64,000 nucleotides of DNA, taken from positions 57,926-121,925 of IMG/VR virus record IMGVR_UViG_3300042309_002885. The stretch is one strand, 5' to 3'. The first letter of the stretch is position 1. The number at the start of each line of letters is the position of its first letter. A program made the translations under genes and the position numbers. The notes under the pieces are model-generated. The model had not been told where the DNA came from. It was given only the letters and a program-made list of their open reading frames with translations, and did not search any database. This document shows positions 1-9,465 of this stretch, one piece after another. This DNA is from a virus.

Positions 1-247
1 AGTCCTGCATTATAATGTCCCAAACAACACACGCATTGTTTGTAGCTTCGTTAAATTGTTTACCCCTTTTAGGAGGTCTGTAGTTTAAAACTACCCTTCC
101 ATTTGTAGTGTTAAGAAGATTGAAAGATTTAGTACATAACATACGACGTGTACTAGGTCTTCCTGGTTGAGGTCTTCTTCTTACAAATCTTAAATCAATA
201 ACATTATCTAATAATAACGTTTCAAGAGTCTGTCTGGTTACTTGCAT
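1..247 (-). CDS. Hypothetical phage protein, 3' end outside the window (possibly small SH3-barrel/DUF2693-like)
   Basis: Manual translation MQVTRQTLETLLLDNVIDLRFVRRRPQPGRPSTRRMLCTKSFNLLN...CVVWDIIMQD is open to the window edge; the ATG overlaps the end of the upstream ORF. Absent from the ORF track because it is truncated. Confidence 0.6.
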   Translation of the reverse strand, partial: MQVTRQTLETLLLDNVIDLRFVRRRPQPGRPSTRRMLCTKSFNLLNTTNGRVVLNYRPPKRGKQFNEATNNACVVWDIIMQD

Positions 248-641
248 GTTTATTCTTACTACAAATTCCAAAAATTCGACTCTCGTTTAAAAAGATTCCA
301 CGGTCTACTCTCCCGTAGTCCTTAATATCAATATTCGAAACAGATACTCCGTAGTTGTTTGGAAAAATAACGATATCATCTACTTTGGTATATTTTGCTT
401 GCGGACCTACTAATATGACTTTTGCTTTACGCCAAGCTTTAGTTAGTGTGTTAGTAGGTATATATAGACCATTTCTCATTATACCATCGCTATCTGCTAG
501 GTCTACATATTCTACAAGCAATATATCATCAAAGACAAAATTCAATTGATATTCTTCTAGTCCAAAATCCCCACTAGAATGTGATGATAAATCTATTAAG
601 CTTCTCTGTGGTACAAGCTTGTCAATACTTTCAGTTGCCAT
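222..641 (-). CDS. GroES-like co-chaperonin (T4 gp31-like role)
   Basis: DDILLVEY...KAKVILVGP..KYTKVDDIVIFP matches the Cpn10 beta-barrel pattern. Confidence 0.65.
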   Translation of the reverse strand: MATESIDKLVPQRSLIDLSSHSSGDFGLEEYQLNFVFDDILLVEYVDLADSDGIMRNGLYIPTNTLTKAWRKAKVILVGPQAKYTKVDDIVIFPNNYGVSVSNIDIKDYGRVDRGIFLNESRIFGICSKNKHASNQTDS

Positions 642-660
642 TATAATATATATTAAATGT

Positions 661-1029
661 TTATAATAAATCCATATACATTTTTACCTCTCTTGATGAG
701 ATGTTGTGATTTTTTGCTAACATGATTATATTAGCTTCCAAACTATTCTCATCTTTTGACTCTTTTGTTTTTTTAATATATTGAATTTTTTTATATGACA
801 GCTTTGGTATCAACTCATAATACAGCTTATATAGAGAAGATTTGTTTTCATCTATCGAATGAAACCGATTTAGTGTTTCATTCGATAGAATGCATTGACG
901 CTTATCATAAAAGGACAACCATCTCGAAATCATGTATGGTGTAAATTGCTGTATGTCGGCTTCTTCCAGTGAAGCTTCTTTTATAGGTCTCTTATAAAAA
1001 AGATGACTAATAATATCGAAGAAGGTCAT
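661..1029 (-). CDS. 62: Clamp loader small subunit, gp62-like
   Basis: FTPYMISRWLSF...NETLNR...YKLYYELIPK...YIKK resembles T4-like gp62; size fits; a gp45-like clamp is in the window. Confidence 0.6.
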   Translation of the reverse strand: MTFFDIISHLFYKRPIKEASLEEADIQQFTPYMISRWLSFYDKRQCILSNETLNRFHSIDENKSSLYKLYYELIPKLSYKKIQYIKKTKESKDENSLEANIIMLAKNHNISSREVKMYMDLL

Positions 1030-1607
1030 ACAATTACCTTTGTAGTAGCAAGATGAATATCTTGAACTACATCGTTAAAGAACTCAACAACATTAGACAT
1101 GAACTCTTGTGCTTGTTCGTCTTGAAGACCTGTACTGTAAGCAAAACCAGGCGCCTTTTTACCAGCTTTAATATTAATACCCGTATGACCTATAGCTACA
1201 CTTTCTTTTGAGTATGTAATAGATACACTTGCTTTACCCGACTCTTGTTCTTTTTTGTCAGAACCAATAAATTTATCATGTACGATAATATCATCACCCC
1301 TCATCTCTAAAGATTTCTCAATATATCGAGACAGAAGATTAGCTATTACGGTGTTAAAGAGTCGTTGAAAAGAAACAGCTCCTAACGGACAGAGGTTAGG
1401 AATTTCCCAGCAAAAGTTTATAGCATCATCGCTATAGATGTAATCTTTAGCCATTGAGTCTTCTAAATCAATTAAATTATCACTCACAAACATCGGTGCG
1501 CGAAAGGCAACTACATTACCGTAGGGTGATGTTTTTTCTTTGAAGAAACGATATGCAAATCGCTTGTGGATAAAGTCTCCGTTATAAATAGGTTGTTCTA
1601 TGATCAT
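1026..1607 (-). CDS. DUF366-family protein (lipoate/biotin ligase-like fold)
   Basis: YNG..IHKRFAY...VVAFRAP...LIDLED...IYSDD.I.F...FQRL...RGDDI...KASVSI...GHTGINI follows the DUF366 motif order. Confidence 0.7.
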   Translation of the reverse strand: MIIEQPIYNGDFIHKRFAYRFFKEKTSPYGNVVAFRAPMFVSDNLIDLEDSMAKDYIYSDDAINFCWEIPNLCPLGAVSFQRLFNTVIANLLSRYIEKSLEMRGDDIIVHDKFIGSDKKEQESGKASVSITYSKESVAIGHTGINIKAGKKAPGFAYSTGLQDEQAQEFMSNVVEFFNDVVQDIHLATTKVIV

Positions 1608-1631
1608 ATAATAAAGTATAGTAAACCAATC

Positions 1632-2315
1632 TTATTTTTCAATAAGAAAATCTTTTATTCTTTCAAAGAAAATATCAAACATTGCATTATCACTACTACC
1701 GTCCCAATTCTCATCCGCCTCTACCCACGAAGTTGTTGTTTGAAAGTGACCGTGTAAAAGATTTGGATGCGGTGTAGATATATTTAGAGATTTAAAATCG
1801 TTAGTATTATTTGTTAATAATACACCTTTGAATTCTTTATTATACCTTGTCTGCAGGCAGGTAATAAGCTCGTGGTATTTTTTTATAATTAACTGTATAT
1901 CTTGCGAGTCGTGCCATCTACTATAGTAAAATAATGTTGTAGGTGTTTCACATTCAAACAGTTGCTTTGTTCTAATTATCTTTCGATCGTAACTATCACG
2001 ATGCGCTTGTGTAGCTTCGTCATGATGAAATAGCGGCGCGTACATTGGCCAGCTATATATTGTATCCTCTTGTAAAGAGTAAAGTGTGTTTATCCATTTA
2101 GGGTATTGAATTCCCTGTTTTGGATAGTAGGTGTAATTTTTAAATTCTAGATAACTTTCATTGAGTATATCGTTAAAATTGTTTTCAATAATTTTTCTTA
2201 CGATATCAATATTCACAAGAACGTTTTCAAACATATTAACAGGTCCGTCAATAATATTAAGGCGTCTTAGTTGTTTAGCGAGTAGGCACGTTTCTCCTAT
2301 GATAAGCTTATTCAT
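1632..2315 (-). CDS. DUF1796-like putative papain-fold protein
   Basis: N-terminal IIGETCLLAKQLRRLNI..GP.NMFE resembles the DUF1796 SLGxxC...QL....PFD motif; start moved to MNKLIIG to reduce overlap. Confidence 0.45.
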   Translation of the reverse strand: MNKLIIGETCLLAKQLRRLNIIDGPVNMFENVLVNIDIVRKIIENNFNDILNESYLEFKNYTYYPKQGIQYPKWINTLYSLQEDTIYSWPMYAPLFHHDEATQAHRDSYDRKIIRTKQLFECETPTTLFYYSRWHDSQDIQLIIKKYHELITCLQTRYNKEFKGVLLTNNTNDFKSLNISTPHPNLLHGHFQTTTSWVEADENWDGSSDNAMFDIFFERIKDFLIEK

Positions 2316-2994
2316 ATAAGTGTTTGTTGTATAAATGTGGTCTTGTTGAACAGTCTCCACCAATATGGTAACAAGCGGTGTCCAATAAGGTTACTGCAGT
2401 ATAGTTGAATTGTCTTGTATGCTTAGAGCATTGCATTTCGTCTTTAAAATTAGCTATTCCCTGAGGAAACATTTTTTTATAATCTGATTTTCTGCGCAAT
2501 CCGGGATTCCAGGAGTAGCCATTCCACTCACTATTTTGAAATTCTGGATCCATTATTTGATATTGTACATTATCTACGGTATAGATTTCAGGCAAAGCTT
2601 TATGTGGCGTGTCGTATTGGTGTCTTACATGTACTTGATGTACATGAGGGCAATTTTGTAGAATTGTCAGTGATTGAGATATGTAAGGTATACTTTTGTC
2701 AAATAACCAATCTTCTTCAATATGAAAAATGTATTCGTTTTTTACACTATTAAAAAGAGTATCTAATGATCGTGATAACCCTCTATTTTCTGTATTACAT
2801 ATTACTGTTACATCAGGATACTTATGTTGAATATATTTACATATATCTATAGATCCTGAATCGTTTATTATTATAAATTCATCTATAGCATATGTATTTG
2901 TCGAATAAAAACTGCTTATAGTTTCATCAAGTAGATGTAATCTATTATACGATGTTAGTGTGATAGATATAGGTATTATATTATTTCCGTGCAT
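2308..2994 (-). CDS. Glycosyltransferase, GT-A/GT2-like
   Basis: ITLTSYNRL...IIINDSGS...NRGL...YIFHIEEDW. Confidence 0.8.
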   Translation of the reverse strand: MHGNNIIPISITLTSYNRLHLLDETISSFYSTNTYAIDEFIIINDSGSIDICKYIQHKYPDVTVICNTENRGLSRSLDTLFNSVKNEYIFHIEEDWLFDKSIPYISQSLTILQNCPHVHQVHVRHQYDTPHKALPEIYTVDNVQYQIMDPEFQNSEWNGYSWNPGLRRKSDYKKMFPQGIANFKDEMQCSKHTRQFNYTAVTLLDTACYHIGGDCSTRPHLYNKHLYE

Positions 2995-3704
2995 TCCTGT
3001 AATAATTTACGAAATTCATTTAATTGATGTTCACGTGTAAAATTAAAATGTGTGCTACTTCCTATTGCAATATTTGAGCTTGACTGTCGGCAGCCAAACA
3101 TAGAGTTTTTTTCAAACCTATAATCAAACGATATATTTTTATAGTGTAGCAACTTTAAGTTTTGATCTCTATATGGTTCAACTATATTATCGTTATAGTC
3201 GTAAAAATTACCACCATGACAACCTAACAATAGTTCACACCGTTTAATTTTTACCGGGCTAAATATGCACGGTTTAGAATAATTTATTTGTGAGACGCCT
3301 GTTTTAATTTCTGAGGTAATAATACCGCTTTTTGGAAAAGATACAGAAACCATATCGTAACCATACGGGAGGTATAGAGGGTATGTTGTTTGTTCGATAA
3401 ATTCTATAAGGTTAGGATGATATAATAACTCATCTACATCTACTGTAATCACATAATCGCTTTGATCACTCTTCCAGCATGTACTTTTTATATTTACAAG
3501 TTCTATATCGTCGAAACTGTTATCTGTATTAAAGGTAATGACCTCTGTTTCACACTTTGTATAATTCTTAACTATATTCACCGTGTTATCTGTTGAACAA
3601 TTATCATACACAACAATTTTTTTCACGAATTGTGAATAATGATCTAGAAAAAATGGCATAATTTTTTCTTCATTATATGCCACTGCGTATACGGTAATTT
3701 GCAT
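2976..3704 (-). CDS. Glycosyltransferase, GT2/GT92-like
   Basis: AYNEEKIMPFFLDHY...VYDNCSTDNT...VITVDVDE...SKP...LLHYK. Confidence 0.8.
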   Translation of the reverse strand: MQITVYAVAYNEEKIMPFFLDHYSQFVKKIVVYDNCSTDNTVNIVKNYTKCETEVITFNTDNSFDDIELVNIKSTCWKSDQSDYVITVDVDELLYHPNLIEFIEQTTYPLYLPYGYDMVSVSFPKSGIITSEIKTGVSQINYSKPCIFSPVKIKRCELLLGCHGGNFYDYNDNIVEPYRDQNLKLLHYKNISFDYRFEKNSMFGCRQSSSNIAIGSSTHFNFTREHQLNEFRKLLQECTEII

Positions 3705-3705
3705 A

Positions 3706-4344
3706 TTAATTATGAATATATAATACTTTGTTAATTTTAATAGCGTCTTTTTTTAATTGTTTGAGTAGAGGTATTAGCGAGTTAACAAGATCCCAATCTG
3801 CAGCAAAATTACGTGACTTTAAACCGACCTGTTTTATTAATTCTGTTTCAGCTGCAAAGCATCCAAAGTCTATCCAACTCGATTCGAGTCTTGATTCAAT
3901 ATGCCCGTTATAGTCACCTTCGCCTCGATCATGGTGTGTTATAAAGTCGCAAAAAATAAACCCTACTCTCGAAGAGCCGTTTGCAATAGACTCAAAATAT
4001 TCGATAAATTTAGGTACATAGTAGTTATCATACCCTGTCATAATGGTATATTTGCAATTGGATGTGTATATACCAAACTCCCTCGGTGTATGTCCCCAGT
4101 CGTTATATCTCTCATCAAGCTCATAATATGAAATATTATTACACCCGCCATACTTATTAATTTGATTAGATATATCAGGACACGGTCCATCTGATACTAT
4201 TGTAAGATGAAAATTATCACTCGTCTGCGAGAGGAAAGAATTAATCATAACCTCAAGAGGCGGCCCTCCACCAAACACAGGTATAACTATATTAAATAGT
4301 TTATTGTTGTTTGGAGCACAATTATTTTTTAAGACACCAGTCAT
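3706..4344 (-). CDS. Glycosyltransferase, GT2-like
   Basis: IVIPVF...IVSDGP...DWGHTPREFG...MTGYDNYY...IDFGCF...AADW. Confidence 0.75.
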   Translation of the reverse strand: MTGVLKNNCAPNNNKLFNIVIPVFGGGPPLEVMINSFLSQTSDNFHLTIVSDGPCPDISNQINKYGGCNNISYYELDERYNDWGHTPREFGIYTSNCKYTIMTGYDNYYVPKFIEYFESIANGSSRVGFIFCDFITHHDRGEGDYNGHIESRLESSWIDFGCFAAETELIKQVGLKSRNFAADWDLVNSLIPLLKQLKKDAIKINKVLYIHN

Positions 4345-4346
4345 AA

Positions 4347-5654
4347 TTATAAAAATATTACCCCTATACCGCAAGCATATCCATTATTGGGTGATGCTCT
4401 GTAACTAAATTCTTTTACCTGTTTATGATTGTTTTTAATCTCTTGCCATAGTTGAGCTACACCTGTATCGGTATTAGCGATGTCATGCAGAATGATAATA
4501 CCATTAGTGTTTATTATCTTCATAGCATTGTCATAATCCTCTTTAACACCATCATAACTATGATCTGCATCAATAAAGATGCAGTCATATTGATTTTTAT
4601 TTTCATTAAAAAAGTCGTGAGTAGAAGCATTAAAGAATTTAATATCCTTTTCGTTAAACATTGCACTTAGTTTGTCAACTTTCGCCTGTATTTTTGTTTC
4701 AGTTTGTTTTATGTGTGTATTTCTATATGCGATATTATCAACACAATGAAGAGTTCTGGCTGTTTTTTGTAAGAATATTGAGTTAACGAAGAAGCTTCCG
4801 CCATTACCTACACCCAGTTCTAGGTACGATGTAACATTACTCGTTCTTAGTATATCGAGTAGTTCAGAGTATTCTTCTGGTATCTGCTGTAATTGTAAAT
4901 TACCGGGTGTATTACATAAAAAATAATCGGGTTGCTGACTACCGGCTTTATTACGTATCCAATCTTTTAAATCATCTTTACTTAAGTTAAGTAAATCATC
5001 ACGATAGTGTGCCTGTATTAATTTGCGTATTTCCTCAATATGCTGTGGTGTATGTTTTCCGTGAAAAGCAAATGTATCACCTACTTGCAACTGTATATCA
5101 TCACATGGCTGCTCTACAGAAAATGTTGCTGCTATCTCTAATGGTGCAAACTTATACCCCTTTTCAATAAGATGTGGGTATAAGTTAGAGCATATTAGTG
5201 TATCTTCATGACCTCTTAAATTAGGTATAGTTTTTATATACTCCATTATTCGCTTACTACGTATCGATACACCACCGTTACCGACTCTGTTGTTGTTATA
5301 TAAAAAATGTGCATCTCGGCGCCATGGAGCTCCTATGAAATCATATTTAAGATAATCATCCTTCCATAAATCAGGCCGTACTACAAAACCGTCATAGTGT
5401 ATAGAGAAACAGAAATCTGTAGTTATGTACTCTACGAGCTTGTATAACATGAACTCACTATATTCATCTAGACTACCTATTCTATCAATTTGTATAAATT
5501 TAAATTTACTGTTAAAGTTTTTCGGCTTAACATCTGAAAATAATATAATTTCGTAGAAGGTAAGTTGCTCGCTTGTCTTTTCCAGAGCTTTGATGGCGAG
5601 CTCTGGTTGTATACAATCTACTGCAAATAATGTACAATTGTTTATATGATTCAT
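4347..5654 (-). CDS. DUF5672-like GT-A domain fused to a class I SAM methyltransferase (Methyltransf_24-like)
   Basis: N-half: IHYDGFVV...YDFIGAPW...VGNGGVSIRSK...EDT. C-half: YLELGVGNGGS...CVD...DCIFIDADHSYDGVKED...GIIILHD. Confidence 0.8.
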   Translation of the reverse strand: MNHINNCTLFAVDCIQPELAIKALEKTSEQLTFYEIILFSDVKPKNFNSKFKFIQIDRIGSLDEYSEFMLYKLVEYITTDFCFSIHYDGFVVRPDLWKDDYLKYDFIGAPWRRDAHFLYNNNRVGNGGVSIRSKRIMEYIKTIPNLRGHEDTLICSNLYPHLIEKGYKFAPLEIAATFSVEQPCDDIQLQVGDTFAFHGKHTPQHIEEIRKLIQAHYRDDLLNLSKDDLKDWIRNKAGSQQPDYFLCNTPGNLQLQQIPEEYSELLDILRTSNVTSYLELGVGNGGSFFVNSIFLQKTARTLHCVDNIAYRNTHIKQTETKIQAKVDKLSAMFNEKDIKFFNASTHDFFNENKNQYDCIFIDADHSYDGVKEDYDNAMKIINTNGIIILHDIANTDTGVAQLWQEIKNNHKQVKEFSYRASPNNGYACGIGVIFL

Positions 5655-5662
5655 GAAGTGTA

Positions 5663-6469
5663 CTAATTATATAGTATATGTTGATCGATTTCAACATATT
5701 TTATCGCAGGATTTATCATTAGAACGGAATTAGATACATTAGAAATAGTTTTTATTAAAAAATCCGACCGTGACATTAAGTACGTCTCAATAACTACATC
5801 TTCTCCCATTTTGTATGGGTTAGATAGCCCAATAGACTGATGAACACCAATGTTATTTTTTTCCTTAGACCGTATACTATCGTATGTTATTAGTTTTTGT
5901 TTATATCTTTCAGAAAAGATATCTACAGTGTACTCTTCATCAGTGCACAATAAAAGTTTATCATAATTTTCTATATGTTTATCAATATGACTAAAATACA
6001 CATCGATTGGTAACAGAGGCGCATCGTTTATATGATCTGTACCACGCTTGTGAACAGCTAATACACGATCACCTGGCATAATGTTAGCTGCAATAAACGT
6101 ATCAATTTTAACTTGTACATGATTTTTAAGTTTAATGTATTTGCTAATAATTTCACCGCATTTTTTTATTATTTCAGGTGTTAGTCTTGATGGTATATTT
6201 AGATTACCCTCAAACCAAACATTTTTTATTTTTTCGGCTCCCTCTACTTCTTCTTTTGTAAAATTAAACGGTTGCTCGAAGTAATAATCCCATACATTTC
6301 TTCCATGCCGTAAATCTTGATACCTCATGTGTTCGTCGAGTTTTATATAAAGTTTATTGTTTGTGTTAGATAGAACATGTAGATTAGAAACTACCTGTGT
6401 AAAATAGCTCATTAGACCTGCATATCTGGTACCGGGTGTTGTTATATATATTCGTTTGACTAGTTCCAT
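5663..6469 (-). CDS. NodZ/GT23-like (fucosyl)transferase, GT-B
   Basis: AGLMSY...NVWDYYFEQP...LAVHKRGTDH...LLLCTDE...VVIETYLMSRSDFLIKTISNVS. Confidence 0.65.
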   Translation of the reverse strand: MELVKRIYITTPGTRYAGLMSYFTQVVSNLHVLSNTNNKLYIKLDEHMRYQDLRHGRNVWDYYFEQPFNFTKEEVEGAEKIKNVWFEGNLNIPSRLTPEIIKKCGEIISKYIKLKNHVQVKIDTFIAANIMPGDRVLAVHKRGTDHINDAPLLPIDVYFSHIDKHIENYDKLLLCTDEEYTVDIFSERYKQKLITYDSIRSKEKNNIGVHQSIGLSNPYKMGEDVVIETYLMSRSDFLIKTISNVSNSVLMINPAIKYVEIDQHILYN

Positions 6470-7128
6470 TTGTTATTAAAGATAATTTCTTGACCTGTTG
6501 TCTTTTCTGTTAATTTATCTCCTAGTAGATCTTTACTCTGTTCAACGAGATGAAGTACAGTAGTATCACCAACAAGAGCGTGTTTTAAATTATGTTGTTT
6601 TAGTAGGTTGGCATAATCGTCATCTGCATACCAGAAAGAAAAGCGCTCGTCAAATTGACCGCCTATAGCGGCAATAGTTTTTTTTGTAGTACAAAAACAC
6701 CACCCTGTAACGTACTGTCTTGTGATATAACCTTCATATATACCCCTCTCTTTAAAGTATCTCGGCGAATAATGCTTCTCCCACGGACTGACTGAGTCGT
6801 ATTTTTGTAGATACTTTACCAGAGTGCTTAATGTATCATCTTGATATACGACATCATTGTTTGAAAAACAAATATAATCACTTTCTACAAAGTTAAGACC
6901 GTAATTTTGAAATTTATTGTAATTAAATGACTCGTCATCAGGCACATAAAATACATCCACAGGAAGCTTAAGATCTTCTTTCTTGTTTTTAAGTTTTTTA
7001 TTAGATTCAATTAGTATTATACGTGGAATTATATTTTTACTCTCCTTGAGACTTGTAATACATGCCTTTAGTGTGGAATATAATTGTACGTTCGCAGTAT
7101 TGGATAATATTATTATATCAATATTCAT
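6460..7128 (-). CDS. Glycosyltransferase, GT2-like
   Basis: FNYNKFQNYG...YICFSNNDVVY...GWCF...FDERFSFWYADDDY. Confidence 0.8.
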   Translation of the reverse strand: MNIDIIILSNTANVQLYSTLKACITSLKESKNIIPRIILIESNKKLKNKKEDLKLPVDVFYVPDDESFNYNKFQNYGLNFVESDYICFSNNDVVYQDDTLSTLVKYLQKYDSVSPWEKHYSPRYFKERGIYEGYITRQYVTGWCFCTTKKTIAAIGGQFDERFSFWYADDDYANLLKQHNLKHALVGDTTVLHLVEQSKDLLGDKLTEKTTGQEIIFNNKWN

Positions 7129-7925
7129 GTAAATAAAAAGTTATAGTTATTGAAAATGTAACTCTCCGGTTCCTTATATTTTAGTGCAATATTATAGTTT
7201 TCGTGTATTGCGCTTTTTTTCTCATCGTACAGTTCAGGTGTAATTTGTTTGAGTATTGATCTGAGCTCACTTGCTGTTTCAAAAAAAATAATACCATCAC
7301 TATTAAAGAAGCTGCATATATCTCGCGTTCCCCAATAAAGTGGGATGGTTTTTGTTACAAAGCAATCAAGTATTTTTTCTGTCCAGTAGCTATTTTGTAT
7401 AGAGTTCTCAATAGCTATAGAATAATAATAATTATCTAGAGCTTCATTTTTTGTTTGTATAAATTTGTATTGTGGGTGCTTACCATAAACATCAATATTT
7501 TGTGTTGTGTTAATAATATGATGTCTAAGTTTATGACCCACTGTTTCATTTTTAAACGATGCAATTATGGATACGTGTTTCGTTTTTTTGTAACTTTTTC
7601 TATCTTCCACCCAATATGTCCCATACGGCGCATATAGACCATTATTAATTTTAGATAACAACTTACGATCAAAAGTCAATACATAATTAAATAGCTTATA
7701 GTTAGTTTCAATATATTCGTAAGTAAGAGGCGATATAGCTCTTGGTTCGAGTAACCACGCTACTTTTTTTTGTATTGTATTATTTTCTGCAGCTTTTTGC
7801 AGGCAGCCATCTGTATAAAATGCATACTCGCTTACAACATTTGAACCTGTATACCACTTAAATTCTTTAGGGCTGACAGTGAGATCTCGTCCCTCGAAAT
7901 TTTTATCAAAGAGATTTATTTCCAT
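7125..7925 (-). CDS. GT10-like (alpha-1,3-fucosyltransferase family) glycosyltransferase
   Basis: YYYSIAIENSIQNSYWTEKILDCFVTKTIPLYWG matches the GT10 donor-binding motif. Confidence 0.75.
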   Translation of the reverse strand: MEINLFDKNFEGRDLTVSPKEFKWYTGSNVVSEYAFYTDGCLQKAAENNTIQKKVAWLLEPRAISPLTYEYIETNYKLFNYVLTFDRKLLSKINNGLYAPYGTYWVEDRKSYKKTKHVSIIASFKNETVGHKLRHHIINTTQNIDVYGKHPQYKFIQTKNEALDNYYYSIAIENSIQNSYWTEKILDCFVTKTIPLYWGTRDICSFFNSDGIIFFETASELRSILKQITPELYDEKKSAIHENYNIALKYKEPESYIFNNYNFLFT

Positions 7926-8725
7926 GAATTAATATAATTTGTGAGTTCACTTTCACTGAAGGACAGTATTTTTAAATACTCTGCTTCATTGCTCTTATAA
8001 AAAGAATGATTTTTGACTTCATTTTTTTCAACGTCAATATGTGGGAGATGAAAGAGATACGGTTTATCTGTATTGGTATAAAAAACTGGAATTCCTAATT
8101 TATGCATACGTACAATAATCTCATTATCTTCATAGCCCCATCCCGTGAAGTTTGGGTTAAAGCCACCAACACTAGTGAAGGTATTATTACGTCCTATAAC
8201 CACACCGCCGACGGCCTTCGTATTGCCTATATGGTAGTTATCGTTAGTAAATTCATTATATATGTTTGACCTATCTACGAGTGTATCGAAATGTTCGTAT
8301 AAGTTTATTAGTTGGGCATTTTTTATCTGCTCTTTTGCGAGATAACTCAAATATATTGATATTCCATTATAACCTATACTTACACAGTCACTCTTTAATA
8401 CTGTTTCAAGAGCCTTATATAGATTCTGCTTGCTTATGATGCAATCTATATCGAGAAAGCAAACAATCTCCGTTGTTGCGTGCGTTAGGCCTATATTATA
8501 CGATTTACATTTATTATAGTTTTGATTATTATTAGTGTGTATATATTGTATATTGTTATGATCTGCAAGGTATTCAAATTCTTTTTTCGTATCATCTTCT
8601 ACGACTATGAATTTAGAGTTAGGGGCTATTGTTTTATAGTACGGTATAACAATATTAGCGTTTTTCTTTCGCTCCTCTGTATCCTTCCGTATGTGTATAA
8701 TAAATGTTAAGTTATCTGTATTCAT
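7916..8725 (-). CDS. Galactosyltransferase-like (GT7C/GT2) glycosyltransferase
   Basis: YNKCKSYNIG...FLDIDC...GGFNPNFTGWGYEDNE...R...LFHLPH. Confidence 0.8.
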   Translation of the reverse strand: MNTDNLTFIIHIRKDTEERKKNANIVIPYYKTIAPNSKFIVVEDDTKKEFEYLADHNNIQYIHTNNNQNYNKCKSYNIGLTHATTEIVCFLDIDCIISKQNLYKALETVLKSDCVSIGYNGISIYLSYLAKEQIKNAQLINLYEHFDTLVDRSNIYNEFTNDNYHIGNTKAVGGVVIGRNNTFTSVGGFNPNFTGWGYEDNEIIVRMHKLGIPVFYTNTDKPYLFHLPHIDVEKNEVKNHSFYKSNEAEYLKILSFSESELTNYINSWK

Positions 8726-9465
8726 ATATACATATTTTTAATATTATAACCTTCATACTTGCTAGCAATGCTTTCAAAAATTGTATATTTGCTATTGAAT
8801 AATTCTACATATTGATAATTGTCGTGAGTACCGCCGAAATCTATACCCGTATCGCCATTAGCATTGCTGTATTTGTTTTTATACCAGCTCATACCTTCAA
8901 GATGATAATAGTAGTTGGTACTTAGATCTATATCGCCAATTTTTAACTTATTGCTTTTAATGTCTTCAAGAAAGGTGGATCCTATGTCATAGATCTTGCT
9001 TGTCTTAAAGCTCTCTCGCATACGACCTTCATCAAAGAAGATAATATTTTTTTCTTTAATATGATCTACGTTGATAAAACAATGCCATGGATTAACACGA
9101 TTGTGTATCAATTTACCGCCTCTATCTCCCTCTACTTTGCCCATTAGAGTGAGGTCCATTTCCTTAAATTTTTGAAAAATACTTGTATGATTTTTTAAAA
9201 AAATTATATCCGTATCTACTAGAAGGGCATATTTTGTAGTACATTTTTCTATTAACTTGTTTACACCGCAACCGTGTGTACCACCAGGGTCGGTAAAATA
9301 AGGTATATTGTGTTCGTTTAATAATTTAGAAGTCTCTTCATTAGTAGAATTATCACATATAATAGCTTTCTGTACATTGCTGTGTGTTGACACCCACGAT
9401 CTAAGCATAGTTAGCGTTATGGTTGGTGTGTTGAATGAGCAGGAGATTAATGTTAGATCGTCCAT
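8722..9465 (-). CDS. Glycosyltransferase, GT-A-like
   Basis: ISCSFNTP...ICDNS...HG.GV...YALLVDTDIIF. Confidence 0.65.
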   Translation of the reverse strand: MDDLTLISCSFNTPTITLTMLRSWVSTHSNVQKAIICDNSTNEETSKLLNEHNIPYFTDPGGTHGCGVNKLIEKCTTKYALLVDTDIIFLKNHTSIFQKFKEMDLTLMGKVEGDRGGKLIHNRVNPWHCFINVDHIKEKNIIFFDEGRMRESFKTSKIYDIGSTFLEDIKSNKLKIGDIDLSTNYYYHLEGMSWYKNKYSNANGDTGIDFGGTHDNYQYVELFNSKYTIFESIASKYEGYNIKNMYI

